A DNA stretch of 63,186 bases, the filler included, from Methanobacteriota archaeon (GTDB taxonomy: Archaea; JACRDV01): the NCBI GenBank assembly GCA_024860865.1. It is 10 parts of 10 records of this genome, joined end to end, with 100 filler letters (N's around TTAATTAATTAA, not from the genome) between each part and the next. Parts side by side here need not be neighbours in the genome. Positions count along the whole stretch, not along the records: positions 1 to 12,157 come from JACRDV010000141.1; 9 more parts are not named here. One strand, 5' to 3'. Under the pieces are notes generated by a model. It searched no databases, was not told where the DNA came from, and saw nothing but the letters and a program-made list of their open reading frames with translations. How positions within the stretch are numbered: position 1 is the stretch's first letter; every line of letters begins with the position of its first letter. Shown here piece after piece: positions 1-10,900 of the stretch. The position numbers were made by a program, and so were the translations under genes.

Positions 1-677
1 GCAAGTGCTTTTTTCATTAATACCGGATTTTTCACCTGAAATTCTGGAATCCCAATTTTAGATATAGGTTGGGATACTTCTTTTCGATAAAATAGAACTA
101 AAACTGAAAAAGCAATTAACAAACTAACAATTGAAACTGGGGCCAAATACATCGAAAATTTTGCAAATGTGATGTTTGAAGAAATCCCAATGAGCATATT
201 TTGAGGATTGCCAACTATTGTTGCAACGCTTCCAATATTAGCCGCCAAAATTTCTCCAATTAAAAAAGGAATTGGATTAAGCTTGTACAATCTGGCAACT
301 TTGATAATAACTGGCGTGAACAATAAAACTACAGTATCATTAACTAGAATTGCTGAAAGTCCAGCTGTTGCAACTACTACTAGTGCTAAGAATTTCAAAG
401 GAGTATCTGCAATCTTTACTGCTTTATAAGCTAGCCAATCAAAGAATCCAGCAATTGCCAAAATGCTAACTATAATCATCATCCCTAGCAAAAGTGTAAT
501 TGTGTTAAAGTCGATTGCTTGAAATGCTTCAGCTGGTTTTAAAATTCCAAAAAGAACCATCAATGTCGCTCCAAGCAAGGCAGCTGCTGGGCGGTCTATG
601 CTAATTCTTGGAACACGCTCAATAGTTGCGATAAGAAAATAAGTTAATAAAAAAATAGCTAGCGCTACAATTAGCAT
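1..677 (-). CDS. ArsB/NhaD/SLC13-family anion permease (3' end runs off the window)
   Basis: Hand translation from ATG 677: MLIVALAIFLLTYFLIAT...DRPAAALLGA...LSAILVNDT...AANIGSVATIVGNPQN, typical ion-transporter superfamily motifs. Confidence 0.85.
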   Translation of the reverse strand, partial: MLIVALAIFLLTYFLIATIERVPRISIDRPAAALLGATLMVLFGILKPAEAFQAIDFNTITLLLGMMIIVSILAIAGFFDWLAYKAVKIADTPLKFLALVVVATAGLSAILVNDTVVLLFTPVIIKVARLYKLNPIPFLIGEILAANIGSVATIVGNPQNMLIGISSNITFAKFSMYLAPVSIVSLLIAFSVLVLFYRKEVSQPISKIGIPEFQVKNPVLMKKAL

Positions 678-711
678 AAAAAAGCTCAATTAAAAAGAAA
701 AAAGAAAAAAA

Positions 712-984
712 TTATTCTTTCTTTTCTTCTTCTGAAGCAGGAGCAGCGGGTTTTTCGGGCTCTAGCGGCTTAGGAGCTGGAGTTGTCGCCATCTCATAAC
801 CTAGCCAAAATCCGATTCCAATCAAGACAAACATGGCCAGAACTACTGGTACGCCGATTCCCCATTTGAGAAGCTTAAGATTTGGCGGCGACATAAATGC
901 TTGGTAGATTGCATAAACATAAAACGCTGCTATAGCGACCATTATTAGGCAAATGAGCCCTCCAATTGCTTGGTCTTTGCTCAT
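712..984 (-). CDS. small two-TM archaeal membrane protein with Pro/Glu-rich tail
   Basis: MSKDQAIGGLI...; GGAGGTG RBS before ATG 984; two hydrophobic helices. Confidence 0.75.
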   Translation of the reverse strand: MSKDQAIGGLICLIMVAIAAFYVYAIYQAFMSPPNLKLLKWGIGVPVVLAMFVLIGIGFWLGYEMATTPAPKPLEPEKPAAPASEEEKKE

Positions 985-1037
985 TAATACACCTCCAAAC
1001 CGGTAAAATAGTCGCACTTCTGTAATAAAAAGTTTGC

Positions 1038-2588
1038 CTAAATAAAAGCGCCAGCATCCTTTTGTTGTTGGTTTGTTTTTTCTTCAAACATTAGGGCTGC
1101 CTTTTCTAAATTGACTCCGTGCTCTGAAGGATAGGAATTTCGCTCTCTAATCCTTACAAAAATGGGGTAATTTACCGCCTCTCCAACAATTAATGCCTCT
1201 CCAATTTTCAATGTAGAAATTGCATCGAGCACGTCACGGGTAATTCCTTCAGAGCTTTTGCCAATGTGTTCAAGATCATATGGATTAGTAACTCGCAATA
1301 TTATGTGGCTGTTACATTGGCTCAAAACAGTTGTTGAAAGCCTTACAGGACGCTGGCTAATTAAACAAAGTGAAGCATAGAACTTCCTGCCTTCACGAGC
1401 AATTGTTTCAATAATCCCTTTTGAAATTGCGCTTCCGCGACCAGCTTCAGGACAAAACTGGTGCGCCTCTTCTATTATTTCGACATAAGGAGGAATTTTT
1501 CCATCGCGCCTCAGATTAAACAATCGCCTAGAAAGATAGTTCACTATTATCTGTTTTTTTCGCAAATTTGTTATGCCACTTAAATCAATTATTGATGCTT
1601 GTCCCGGCTTAGCAATTTGATCTATTGGTGGATTATCATAGCGACCGAATAATCCAATTGTTTCTAAATTTTCAAGCCAACTAACTAAAGTTTCTTTAAT
1701 TTTGATGTTTATTTGCTCATCTTGTACAACCCTGCTCATCAAATCCCTCAAATCAAATGGGCCGCCACCGGAATACATCCGCGCTTTTAACTCTTTAATA
1801 ATTCTTGCCAGCTCACGTTTTTGAGGCGGGGTTATATCCGGTATGAACTCAGCTATTTGCTCAGGGCTCAGATTTGGCACTCCAATCTGAATTTCTTTGC
1901 TCTCAAAGACTTGAGTTCGATCAGAATAATCAGTATATTTTTTATCTTCAACACGTTTTGCAAAACCAGTGTACTCTCCATGGGCATCAATTACGACGAC
2001 TGCAACTCTGCCATGCTCAGGTGTTCGATTGACCAGTTCTTCGATCAACACACTAGCCAAATATGACTTGCCAGCCCCGCTTATCGCAAGAATTGCCACA
2101 TGCTTCTGAAGAAGTCTAGTCAAACTTAGCTTAACTTGTAGACCATGAAAACGGAGTGATCCAATAAACAGCCCCTTCTCTCTATCAAGCCCAATAAAAT
2201 CTTGTAAAGTTCTTTCATCTGCCAAATAAATCTTCTCACCTGGAGAAGGTGGAAAAGTTGCTCTATCTAGACCATCAGAATTGTAAACAGCTAGAGGTCT
2301 CGCCTCTGCAACAGTATACTCCCAACGAGCTGCCGGATAAATCGAAGTTAATGACTTGCCGCTTCGCTCATACTCCCTAACAGATTCTGCACGAGCAAAA
2401 TATTGGTTTGTTTTATATACATCGCTAACTGTTGCAACTAACTTTCCTTCTTTTGTTTTTAGCTCAACAAACTGACCTTTTCTAATAGGAATTACATCAA
2501 CTTCATCATTTATCACAAAGGAAAAAGTCATCGAAGAAGGCCCTTCTGGCGTTGAAATTACTGTCCCGATTTCCTTCATAGTTCTCAC
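1038..2588 (-). CDS. herA: HerA bipolar DNA helicase/ATPase
   Basis: HAS-barrel N-terminus, Walker A AISGAGKS, IIEEAHQF, IAREGRKF, SQRP; overlaps nurA. Confidence 0.9.
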   Translation of the reverse strand: MRTMKEIGTVISTPEGPSSMTFSFVINDEVDVIPIRKGQFVELKTKEGKLVATVSDVYKTNQYFARAESVREYERSGKSLTSIYPAARWEYTVAEARPLAVYNSDGLDRATFPPSPGEKIYLADERTLQDFIGLDREKGLFIGSLRFHGLQVKLSLTRLLQKHVAILAISGAGKSYLASVLIEELVNRTPEHGRVAVVVIDAHGEYTGFAKRVEDKKYTDYSDRTQVFESKEIQIGVPNLSPEQIAEFIPDITPPQKRELARIIKELKARMYSGGGPFDLRDLMSRVVQDEQINIKIKETLVSWLENLETIGLFGRYDNPPIDQIAKPGQASIIDLSGITNLRKKQIIVNYLSRRLFNLRRDGKIPPYVEIIEEAHQFCPEAGRGSAISKGIIETIAREGRKFYASLCLISQRPVRLSTTVLSQCNSHIILRVTNPYDLEHIGKSSEGITRDVLDAISTLKIGEALIVGEAVNYPIFVRIRERNSYPSEHGVNLEKAALMFEEKTNQQQKDAGAFI

Positions 2589-3730
2589 CTAAAAGGTCTC
2601 AGATTTCGGCGAAGTTCAAACAAAGATATCGCTCTTCCAACTCTATCCATTATCTGCCCATGAACAAATTCTAAATTATCTTCAGAAAGTTTTGCTCGCA
2701 CATCTGCTTCAGTTAAAACAGTTGGAAAAGCATAAGCATCATGATGTTTTGAAAGTGCAAATACAATCGAAGAGACAATATTTGCTGTTTTAGTGAGCTT
2801 ATCAGTGCACAAAAATTCAATCCGCAATGGTCGGTCAAACATAGCTGGTTTCAAGTAAAGAGTAAAAATCTTTGAAGCCCAATCTATGTGAATATCTTGA
2901 AGTGTTGGATGTTTTGCCGGTGCATCTGAATATCTAAAGGCATAGCTTCGCTCTCCAACATCTAGTATATAGTGCAAGAAATGAGTATCGCGAATTTTAT
3001 CAAAAATTTTGATAGATTTGTTGAACGTAACTCGGATTCCTTCATCAATGTGATTTTTCAATAATGATTCTAAAATTTTTCTTCTAAAAATGTCAATAAA
3101 GCGGGTGCCTCTGCTGTCTTCAACTACTCCAACTAAAAGTATCTTATTTTTTTCACATTGTTCATAAAGCTCCTCTAAAAGCTTGATTACCTCGGCATAT
3201 CTGCTTTGAATTTTAGAATTTTTGCTTGGCTTATCAGAATGTTGTGGTGCGATTGACCCATCCAAGAAAATCACATCAGCAGTATATTTTTTGAGAACGT
3301 CGTTTGCAGTTTTTAATTCAGCTTTTTGTCGCTCTAGCGATGTGCTAAGTCCAAAATCTAGATAGGATAACGAGTCAAGGAGCAAAATAGTTGAAGGCTC
3401 TGGCATAGCCTCTGGATAATATTGAACCTTTCTCAAAACCCCTTCTCGATAGTTAAAAATCGCAGCAACAGCCCGAACTAAAATTAGATCGAGACTATGA
3501 TAAGGCCGATTCACAACACCTCCATCGACCCCTATGGCCGTAAGTTGGTCCAAGTTGTGAGGATGAATTGAATAAACAAATTTATCTTCCGAAGTCTCAA
3601 ATTCTAGCCCAAATTTTGGAGGATTTATTTCCTGCTTGAGCGCCCTAACTGCATCGCCTATCTCTCTTAAACTCCATTCAAATTCGAGAATATTCTTTGC
3701 AATTAACTCTAAAACATCTTCAGACGGCAT
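2585..3730 (-). CDS. nurA: NurA 5'-3' nuclease
   Basis: GVDGG, IFLDGS, GVVEDS and FPTVLTEAD motifs; adjacent to herA. Confidence 0.88.
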   Translation of the reverse strand: MPSEDVLELIAKNILEFEWSLREIGDAVRALKQEINPPKFGLEFETSEDKFVYSIHPHNLDQLTAIGVDGGVVNRPYHSLDLILVRAVAAIFNYREGVLRKVQYYPEAMPEPSTILLLDSLSYLDFGLSTSLERQKAELKTANDVLKKYTADVIFLDGSIAPQHSDKPSKNSKIQSRYAEVIKLLEELYEQCEKNKILLVGVVEDSRGTRFIDIFRRKILESLLKNHIDEGIRVTFNKSIKIFDKIRDTHFLHYILDVGERSYAFRYSDAPAKHPTLQDIHIDWASKIFTLYLKPAMFDRPLRIEFLCTDKLTKTANIVSSIVFALSKHHDAYAFPTVLTEADVRAKLSEDNLEFVHGQIMDRVGRAISLFELRRNLRPFR

Positions 3731-3973
3731 TAAAGTCCTCGTATAGCATAAATCGGTTTATAATATCCCAGCTGTGGCTTAAATGCGTTTTTCTTTGTGT
3801 TTTTACGATTAAAAAGAAGGTTAATGTTATAGGGGGGGTTCACCGAAAGTATTCGAAAAGTTAATAAGAAAAAGCTAATAATAAAATTGTTTTTAACATG
3901 AAAGGAGTGAAAATTGTTTTTGTCGAATTTTCTACCCTAGCTTGGAAGCTATTATATCTTACGAATCTATAGA

Positions 3974-4331
3974 GGGCCCGTAGCTCAGCCAGGGAGAGCG
4001 CCTGGCTTTTAAAGGGGATGGCGAGAGATGAATCCCGAGTTTATTAAAGATGAAAGAAAATATAGAGCAAGAAGAGTGCATAAAGTATATAGAAAACTTG
4101 CTAAAGAAATATTAGCTAGGGTAAAGACCAGTAAAACACTAAAAAGAGATTTTGATTGGGCATTTTTTCCCACAAGTGTTTGCGATAGAAGAGCAGTAAA
4201 GGGTAATAAAACACATTCAATTGAAAATTTGACAAAAATACAAAATAAATTTCAAGAAATTCTAAAAAATTTTTATCTCGTCACCTCTTAAAGTAACCAG
4301 GTGGCCCGGGGTTCAAATCCCCGCGGGCCCG
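3974..4331 (+). tRNA. tRNA-Lys(UUU) with 284-nt intron at 37/38 (4012-4295)
   Basis: 5' exon GGGCCCGTAGCTCAGCCAGGGAGAGCGCCTGGCTTTTA; 3' exon ACCAGGTGGCCCGGGGTTCAAATCCCCGCGGGCCCG; BHB helix CTTT/AAAG with 3-nt bulges. Confidence 0.92.
4028..4291 (+). CDS. basic 87-aa hypothetical protein encoded inside the tRNA-Lys intron
   Basis: ORF fills 264 of the 284 intron nt; AGGGG upstream; no family recognised. Confidence 0.5.
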   Translation: MNPEFIKDERKYRARRVHKVYRKLAKEILARVKTSKTLKRDFDWAFFPTSVCDRRAVKGNKTHSIENLTKIQNKFQEILKNFYLVTS

Positions 4332-4353
4332 CTCTGATTTTGGAGGGAGTGGA

Positions 4354-4599
4354 TTGGCTGTAAAAAAAGTTGAAGTGCTCAAACACCAACTCGTGCCAGA
4401 ACATCGCGTTTTGAACGAAAAGGATGCGAAAAAAGTGCTTGCAAAATTTAATATACATCCAATACAATTGCCAAAAATCCTTGCAAATGACCCGGCTGCA
4501 AAATCTGTCGGCGCTAAACCTGGCGATATACTCGAGATAGCCCGAGAAAGTTCAACAGCTGGAAAAGCGTTAGCATATAGGCTTGTTGTGGAAGATTAG
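4354..4599 (+). CDS. rpoH: RNA polymerase subunit H (Rpo5)
   Basis: HQLVPEH...LPKI..NDP...GDILEI.RES.TAG...YRLV; GGAGGGAG RBS. Confidence 0.97.
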   Translation: MAVKKVEVLKHQLVPEHRVLNEKDAKKVLAKFNIHPIQLPKILANDPAAKSVGAKPGDILEIARESSTAGKALAYRLVVED

Positions 4600-4609
4600 A
4601 GGTGGTTTT

Positions 4610-7600
4610 TTGAAATTCGGTACCAGCGACACATGGGTTTTAGTTGAAGCATATCTAAAAGAAAAAGAACTGGTAAGTCAACACTTGGATTCTTTTAATG
4701 ATTTTATTGAAAACAGGTTACAAAGAATTATTGACGAAATCGGAGAGATTGATCCAGGATTAGAGCGTTTTAAAGTTAGGCTTGGAGAGATAAGGATTGG
4801 AAAACCTCTCGCCAAAGAAGCCGATGGTGCTGTTAAAGACATCTATCCAATAGAAGCGCGCTTGCGAAATTTGACTTATGCTGCTCCAATTTTTTTAGAA
4901 ATAATCCCAGTTAGAGATGGAGTTGATCAAACACCTGTTGAAGTTCAAATAGGCATGCTTCCAGTCATGCTCAAATCCAAAGTTTGCCATCTGCATGGGT
5001 TATCTAATGAAGACTTAATTAAAGTTGGTGAAGACCCCCTCGAACCTGGCGGTTATTTCATAATTAATGGCTCTGAGCGAGGCCTAGTAACAATCGAGGA
5101 TTTAGCCCCAAACAGAATCATGGTTGAACGAACTGAACGCTATGGTAGAGTAGTTGAAGTCGCAAAAGTCTTTTCTAGGCGACGTGGCTATCGAGTTTTG
5201 GTTGTAGTTGAGCGGAAAAAAGACGGTATTCTAAGCGTATCCTTCCCTTCTGTACCCGGTCAAGTACCTTTTGTTATTTTGATGCGTGCTCTTGGAGTGG
5301 AAAAGGACCAAGATATTGTGAATGCAGTTTCAAGTGACCCAGAAATTGTTCGAGAAATGCTGGACAACATCGAAGCCGCAAGAGAAATTGAAAGTCAAGA
5401 AGATGCTCTCGAATATATTGGAAAGCGTGTTGCTGCAGGTCAAGCCAAAGAATATCGACTAAGGCGCGCTGCTCAAGTTGTTGATACCTATTTGCTCCCT
5501 CACATTGGTATATCAGCTGAAGATAGAATACGCAAAGCATACTATCTTGGAAGAATGACTGAGAGCACAATTGAGCTTGCACTTGGAAAACGCGGTGAAG
5601 ACGATAAAGACCACTATGCGAATAAAAGACTCAGACTCGCAGGGGATTTAATAGAAGATCTATTTCGTGCTGCTTTTCTAAATTTAGTGAGAGATGTTCG
5701 CTATCAACTAGAGCGTTCTTCAATGCGTGGGCGTGAACCTAATATTCAAACTGCAGTGAGAGCTGATGTTTTAACTGAACGATTGTTGCATGCTTTAGCA
5801 ACTGGGAATTGGGTTGGTGGTAGAGCCGGCGTGAGTCAGTTGCTTGACCGTACAAATTATCTTTCAGCTCTTTCTCACTTGCGGCGAGTTATTTCACCAT
5901 TAAGTCGAAGTCAACCTCACTTTGAAGCGAGAGACCTACATCCCACCCAATGGGGCAAAATCTGCCCTGCAGAAACTCCAGAAGGCCCTAATTGCGGTTT
6001 GGTAAAGAACTTAGCACTTTTAGTGAATACCTCAACAGGAGCAGAAGTTGGAACTATTTTAGAAACTCTCCAAGATCTTGGAGTAAAACCTCTACAACAG
6101 GTTGAACGGAAAAAACTAGCTCGTGTTTACCTAGATGGTAATTTAATCGGCATCCATGAAAATCCGGAAAGACTTACAAATCAAATCCGTGAAAAACGCA
6201 GAAAGGGCCAAATTTCAAGCGAAGTTAATGTTGCTTATTATCCTGAAACAAATGAAGTTCTAATTAACGCTGATGCTGGTCGAGCTAGAAGACCCCTTAT
6301 CATTGTTGAAGATGGAAAAACAAAGCTCACAGAAGACCACATCCAAAAATTAAAAAACAGAGAACTTCGCTGGAGTGATTTAATCAGACTTGGAGTCATC
6401 GAATATCTTGATGCTGAAGAAGAAGAGAATACCTTTATCGCACTTTCTGTTGACTCTCTAGCAAAAGAGCATACTCATCTTGAAATTGACCCGGCTGGAA
6501 TTCTTGGAGTTTGTGCCGGAGTTATTCCATATCCAGAACACAACTCTTCACCACGCAATACAATGGGGGCAGGAATGGCAAAGCAAGCGCTTGGACTATA
6601 TGTTGCTAACTTTAAATTTAGAGTTGACACTAGAGCACACCTCTTGCACTATCCTCAAGCACCAATTGTTAAAACAAAAGTGCTTGACGTAATCCATAGC
6701 GACGAACGGCCAGCAGGTCAAAATTTAATTGTCGCTGTAATGCCATTTGAAGGCTATAACATGGAAGATGCTGTAATTCTAAATAAATCCTCGATTGAGC
6801 GAGGGGTGAGTCGTTCAACTTTCTTTAGGACATATGAAGCAGAAGAACGGAGATATCCTGGCGGTCAAGAAGACAAATTTGAAATTCCGCCAAAAGATGT
6901 TCGAGGTTATAGAACTGAGGAAGTTTACAAGTTCTTAGATCAAGATGGATTAGTTTTAGTTGAGTCTGAAGTTGATGCAGGAGAGGTCCTAATAGGCAAA
7001 ACTAGCCCACCAAGATTTCTTGAAGAAGCTGAAGAGTTCGGGATAGTCGCAGAGAATCGCCGAGAAACTTCTGCCACAATTCGCCATGGTGAGCAGGGCG
7101 TCGTGGATCTGGTAATTCTAACGGAGAACTCAGATGGAAATAAACTTGCTAAAATTAGAGTGCGAGATTTAAGAATCCCGGAACTCGGAGATAAGTTTGC
7201 TTCTAGACACGGTCAAAAGGGGGTTGTTGGGTTAATAGTACCGCAAGAAGATATGCCATTTAATGGTGAAGGCATAGTCCCTGATTTAATAATCAATCCT
7301 CATGCAATTCCTTCAAGAATGACTGTTGGACAAGTCTTGGAAATGATAGGCGGTGTTGTCGGATCTACTGAAGGCAGAAGAGTTGATGGAACTGCTTTTA
7401 GTGGGGAAACCGAAAAAGATCTTAGAGAAGCGCTGAGAAAAGCTGGATTTAAACATAATGGAAAGACTATCTTTTACAATGGTACGAGTGGACAGATAAT
7501 CGATGCTGAAATTTTTGTTGGAATTTCATATTACCAAAAACTCCACCATATGGTTAGTGGAAAGCTTCATGCTCGCTCACGTGGTCCAGTTCAAGTCCTA

Positions 7601-7924
7601 ACTCGACAACCGACTGAAGGCCGTGCCAGAGAAGGTGGATTGCGATTTGGTGAAATGGAGCGAGATTGCTTAATTAGCCATGGTGTAGCATTAGTGCTAA
7701 AAGAAAGATTGCTTGATGAATCCGATAAATACCAAGTTCTTGTATGTTCAAAATGTGGGATGGTTGCAGTTCGTGATGAAGCTCGTGGCAGGGATTATTG
7801 CTCAGTTTGTGGCGATGAGAGCGAAATCTATTCTGTAGAAATGTCATATGCATTCAAATTGCTTTTAGATGAGCTCAAATCGCTATGCATTGCTCCGCGG
7901 CTTAGATTGCAAGATATTGTTTGA
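4610..7924 (+). CDS. rpoB: RNA polymerase subunit B (unsplit)
   Basis: [37 protein letters not shown]; likely TTG start at 4610 after GAGGTGG. Confidence 0.97.
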   Translation: MKFGTSDTWVLVEAYLKEKELVSQHLDSFNDFIENRLQRIIDEIGEIDPGLERFKVRLGEIRIGKPLAKEADGAVKDIYPIEARLRNLTYAAPIFLEIIPVRDGVDQTPVEVQIGMLPVMLKSKVCHLHGLSNEDLIKVGEDPLEPGGYFIINGSERGLVTIEDLAPNRIMVERTERYGRVVEVAKVFSRRRGYRVLVVVERKKDGILSVSFPSVPGQVPFVILMRALGVEKDQDIVNAVSSDPEIVREMLDNIEAAREIESQEDALEYIGKRVAAGQAKEYRLRRAAQVVDTYLLPHIGISAEDRIRKAYYLGRMTESTIELALGKRGEDDKDHYANKRLRLAGDLIEDLFRAAFLNLVRDVRYQLERSSMRGREPNIQTAVRADVLTERLLHALATGNWVGGRAGVSQLLDRTNYLSALSHLRRVISPLSRSQPHFEARDLHPTQWGKICPAETPEGPNCGLVKNLALLVNTSTGAEVGTILETLQDLGVKPLQQVERKKLARVYLDGNLIGIHENPERLTNQIREKRRKGQISSEVNVAYYPETNEVLINADAGRARRPLIIVEDGKTKLTEDHIQKLKNRELRWSDLIRLGVIEYLDAEEEENTFIALSVDSLAKEHTHLEIDPAGILGVCAGVIPYPEHNSSPRNTMGAGMAKQALGLYVANFKFRVDTRAHLLHYPQAPIVKTKVLDVIHSDERPAGQNLIVAVMPFEGYNMEDAVILNKSSIERGVSRSTFFRTYEAEERRYPGGQEDKFEIPPKDVRGYRTEEVYKFLDQDGLVLVESEVDAGEVLIGKTSPPRFLEEAEEFGIVAENRRETSATIRHGEQGVVDLVILTENSDGNKLAKIRVRDLRIPELGDKFASRHGQKGVVGLIVPQEDMPFNGEGIVPDLIINPHAIPSRMTVGQVLEMIGGVVGSTEGRRVDGTAFSGETEKDLREALRKAGFKHNGKTIFYNGTSGQIIDAEIFVGISYYQKLHHMVSGKLHARSRGPVQVLTRQPTEGRAREGGLRFGEMERDCLISHGVALVLKERLLDESDKYQVLVCSKCGMVAVRDEARGRDYCSVCGDESEIYSVEMSYAFKLLLDELKSLCIAPRLRLQDIV

Positions 7925-7934
7925 GGTGAAAATC

Positions 7935-10900
7935 GTGCCAATCGTAGGTGCTCCGAAAAGAATATCAAAAATTGATTTTGGAGTGCTCTCGCCCGACGAA
8001 ATCAGAAAGATGTCTGTCATCAAAATTATAACTGCTGATACATACGATGAAGACGGTTACCCTATTGAAAGAGGACTGATGGATCCAAAGCTTGGCGTCA
8101 TAGATCCTGGCCTCCGCTGCAAAACCTGCGGGGGACGAGTTGGCGAATGTCCCGGCCACTTTGGGCATATTGAGCTTGCAGCACCAGTTATACATGCTGG
8201 ATATGCAAAGCAAATCTATGAAATGCTTAGAGGCACTTGTCATGCTTGCAATAAAATTCTGTTATCTGGAAAACAAACTGAACATTTTAAGAAAACAATG
8301 GAAGAAGCTGAAAAAAATGGAGAGGATAAGTGGGTTATTTTGGATAAAATCTTACAAACTACCAGAAAAGCAAAAAAGTGCTTAAAATGCGGAACCGCAC
8401 AAAAAGAGATGAAATTTGAAAAACCGACTACTTTAATTGAAGATGGACATAGATTAACGCCATCTGATATTCGAGACCGTCTAGAAAAAATCCCGAACGA
8501 AGACGCCCAGTTATTAGGAATTGATACTAAAGTTGCGCGCCCAGAATGGATGGTTTTAACTGTTTTAACGGTTCCACCAGTGACTGTGCGTCCTTCTATC
8601 ACTTTAGAAACGGGAGAACGATCTGAAGATGATTTAACCCATAAGCTAGTTGATATCCTTAGAATTAATCAACGTTTGCGAGAAAACAGAGAGGCAGGAG
8701 CCCCTCAACTTATTATTGAGGACTTATGGGAATTACTACAATATCACATTACAACATATTTTGATAACGAAGTTTCTGGTGTTCCACCGGCAAGACACAG
8801 GTCTGGTCGCCCACTTAGAACACTTGCTCAGCGCTTAAAAGGAAAAGAAGGGAGGTTTAGGAGCAATCTTTCAGGTAAACGTGTTAACTTTTCTGCGAGA
8901 ACTGTCATATCTCCTGACCCAAATATCAGCATAAACGAAGTTGGCGTGCCTGAAGTAGCTGCAAAAGAACTCACTGTTCCTGAAAAAGTTACATCCCGCA
9001 ATATTGAGGCGCTAAAACAACTGATAATAAAGGGTCCAAATGTACACCCCGGGGCAAACTATGTTTTACGCCCAGATGATAGAAGAATTAAGATTACTGA
9101 TGAAAGTAAAGATAAAATTATTGCGGAATTGGCTCCGGGCTACACTGTTGAAAGGCATCTTGCAAATGGAGATCTTGTTCTTTTTAACAGGCAACCATCG
9201 CTTCATCGGATGTCAATAATGGCTCATGAAGTAAAAATCATGCCATATAAAACTTTTAGGCTAAACCTTTGCGTATGCGTAGCCCCTGAAACAAAACTAA
9301 CACTCGACGGATTTCAAAGACCTATAGAGCAACTTAAAAATTGTTGGAAGGAGTCTCAAGTAATAACCTATAAAAACAATCAAAAGATTTTTAAAACGTC
9401 TTTATCAGCTTTTTGGAGCTTGAAGCCAAAAGATTATGGCAAACGCATACTTAAGATAAATACAAACAACGAGAGAGAATTAATAGCAACTGAAGATCAT
9501 CCAATCTATACGATAAGGGGTTTGGTAAAAGCTGGTGATATAAAAATTGGTGATAGGGTTATCGTTTACCCAATAGAATTCCCTGAGTATGAAGATGTAG
9601 AAAAGGTAATTCTAACTGAAAATGATATAGTTAAAAGTGCTACAAAACAAACTTATGTTAAACATCTAATAAGTGAATTGAAAAAAAGAAATCTACTACC
9701 ACTTGCTCTATTAAACAACCCGAAAGCTTTGATATTAACTAAGTTACTTGGTCATATTTTTGGAGATGGGGCATTAATTTTGAAAGATGACGTAGGAAGA
9801 GCTGTATTCAGAAGTGATGTTGAGGATTTGGAAGATATACAAAATGATATTAGAATGCTTGGATTTGAGCCTGGTGAGATAAAAACAAGAGAATATAATG
9901 CTGAAATAACTACATACGAGAGCAAGAAATTAAAAGTTAGTTCTGTTGGAAGCAGTTTTGAAGTAAGAAACAAAGCATTTGCTACTTTGATGAAGGCTCT
10001 TGGTGCACCAAATGGGGATAAAGTTTTGTTAGATTATAAGGTTCCAAAATGGATTTTGGAATCGCCAAAATACGTTAAGAAAGTATTTTTGGCCGCATAT
10101 TTTGGTTCTGAATTGACAATACCTGCCCTAAGGAAAAATTGCAAAAAACTGTTCAGGGAACTTGTGTTTAAGATAAGTAAGATAGAAGATAAAATAAATT
10201 ATGCTGATGACTTTATTAAAGGTATCGAATTCTTGCTAAAAGAATTTGGCATATCCATATCGTCAATCTCAAGAGAAAATGGAAATATTAGAAAAGATGG
10301 TAAAAAGACAAAAATAACAATAGTAGCACTTTGCTCAGACTTAGAATCTGCTATCAATTTCTTTGGGAAAATAGGTTACATATACAATAGGAAAGCAGAT
10401 TCTATCGCAAGACTAGCATATCAATATCTGAAATTTAAGAAGGAAGAACTTAAAAAACGTAAGAAGATTCTATCTGACATAAAGGTTTGGAATAGAAAAA
10501 GTGAAAGCTTACTTTCTATAGCTAGAAGGAATGGTATAAGCGTAAGCACATTATATAATTGGAGAAGTAGGGGTGTTAACGAAGAATCACTTAACACATC
10601 GCCAGATTTCCTTGATTTTGATGAATGGTTAAAAACTAATTGCTATGATGTTAAAAGTGGGCTTGTAATTGAGAAAGTGATTAGTGTTAAAGATACTTTT
10701 ACACCATATGTTTATGATATAACTACAACTGCTGACACACATAATTTTATTGCTAATGGCTTTCTGACTGGAAACTGCCCTCCCTATAATGCAGACTTCG
10801 ATGGGGACGAAATGAACCTACATGTAATGCAAGGTGAAGAAGCGCAAGCTGAAGCACGAATTTTAATGCGTGTTCAAGAACAAATTCTTTCACCGCGCTT

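Noticed and set aside
3974-4331. Trans-spliced split tRNA or integrated element with att sites
   Set aside because: The halves are collinear, closed by one BHB stem, with no duplicated tRNA segment or integrase
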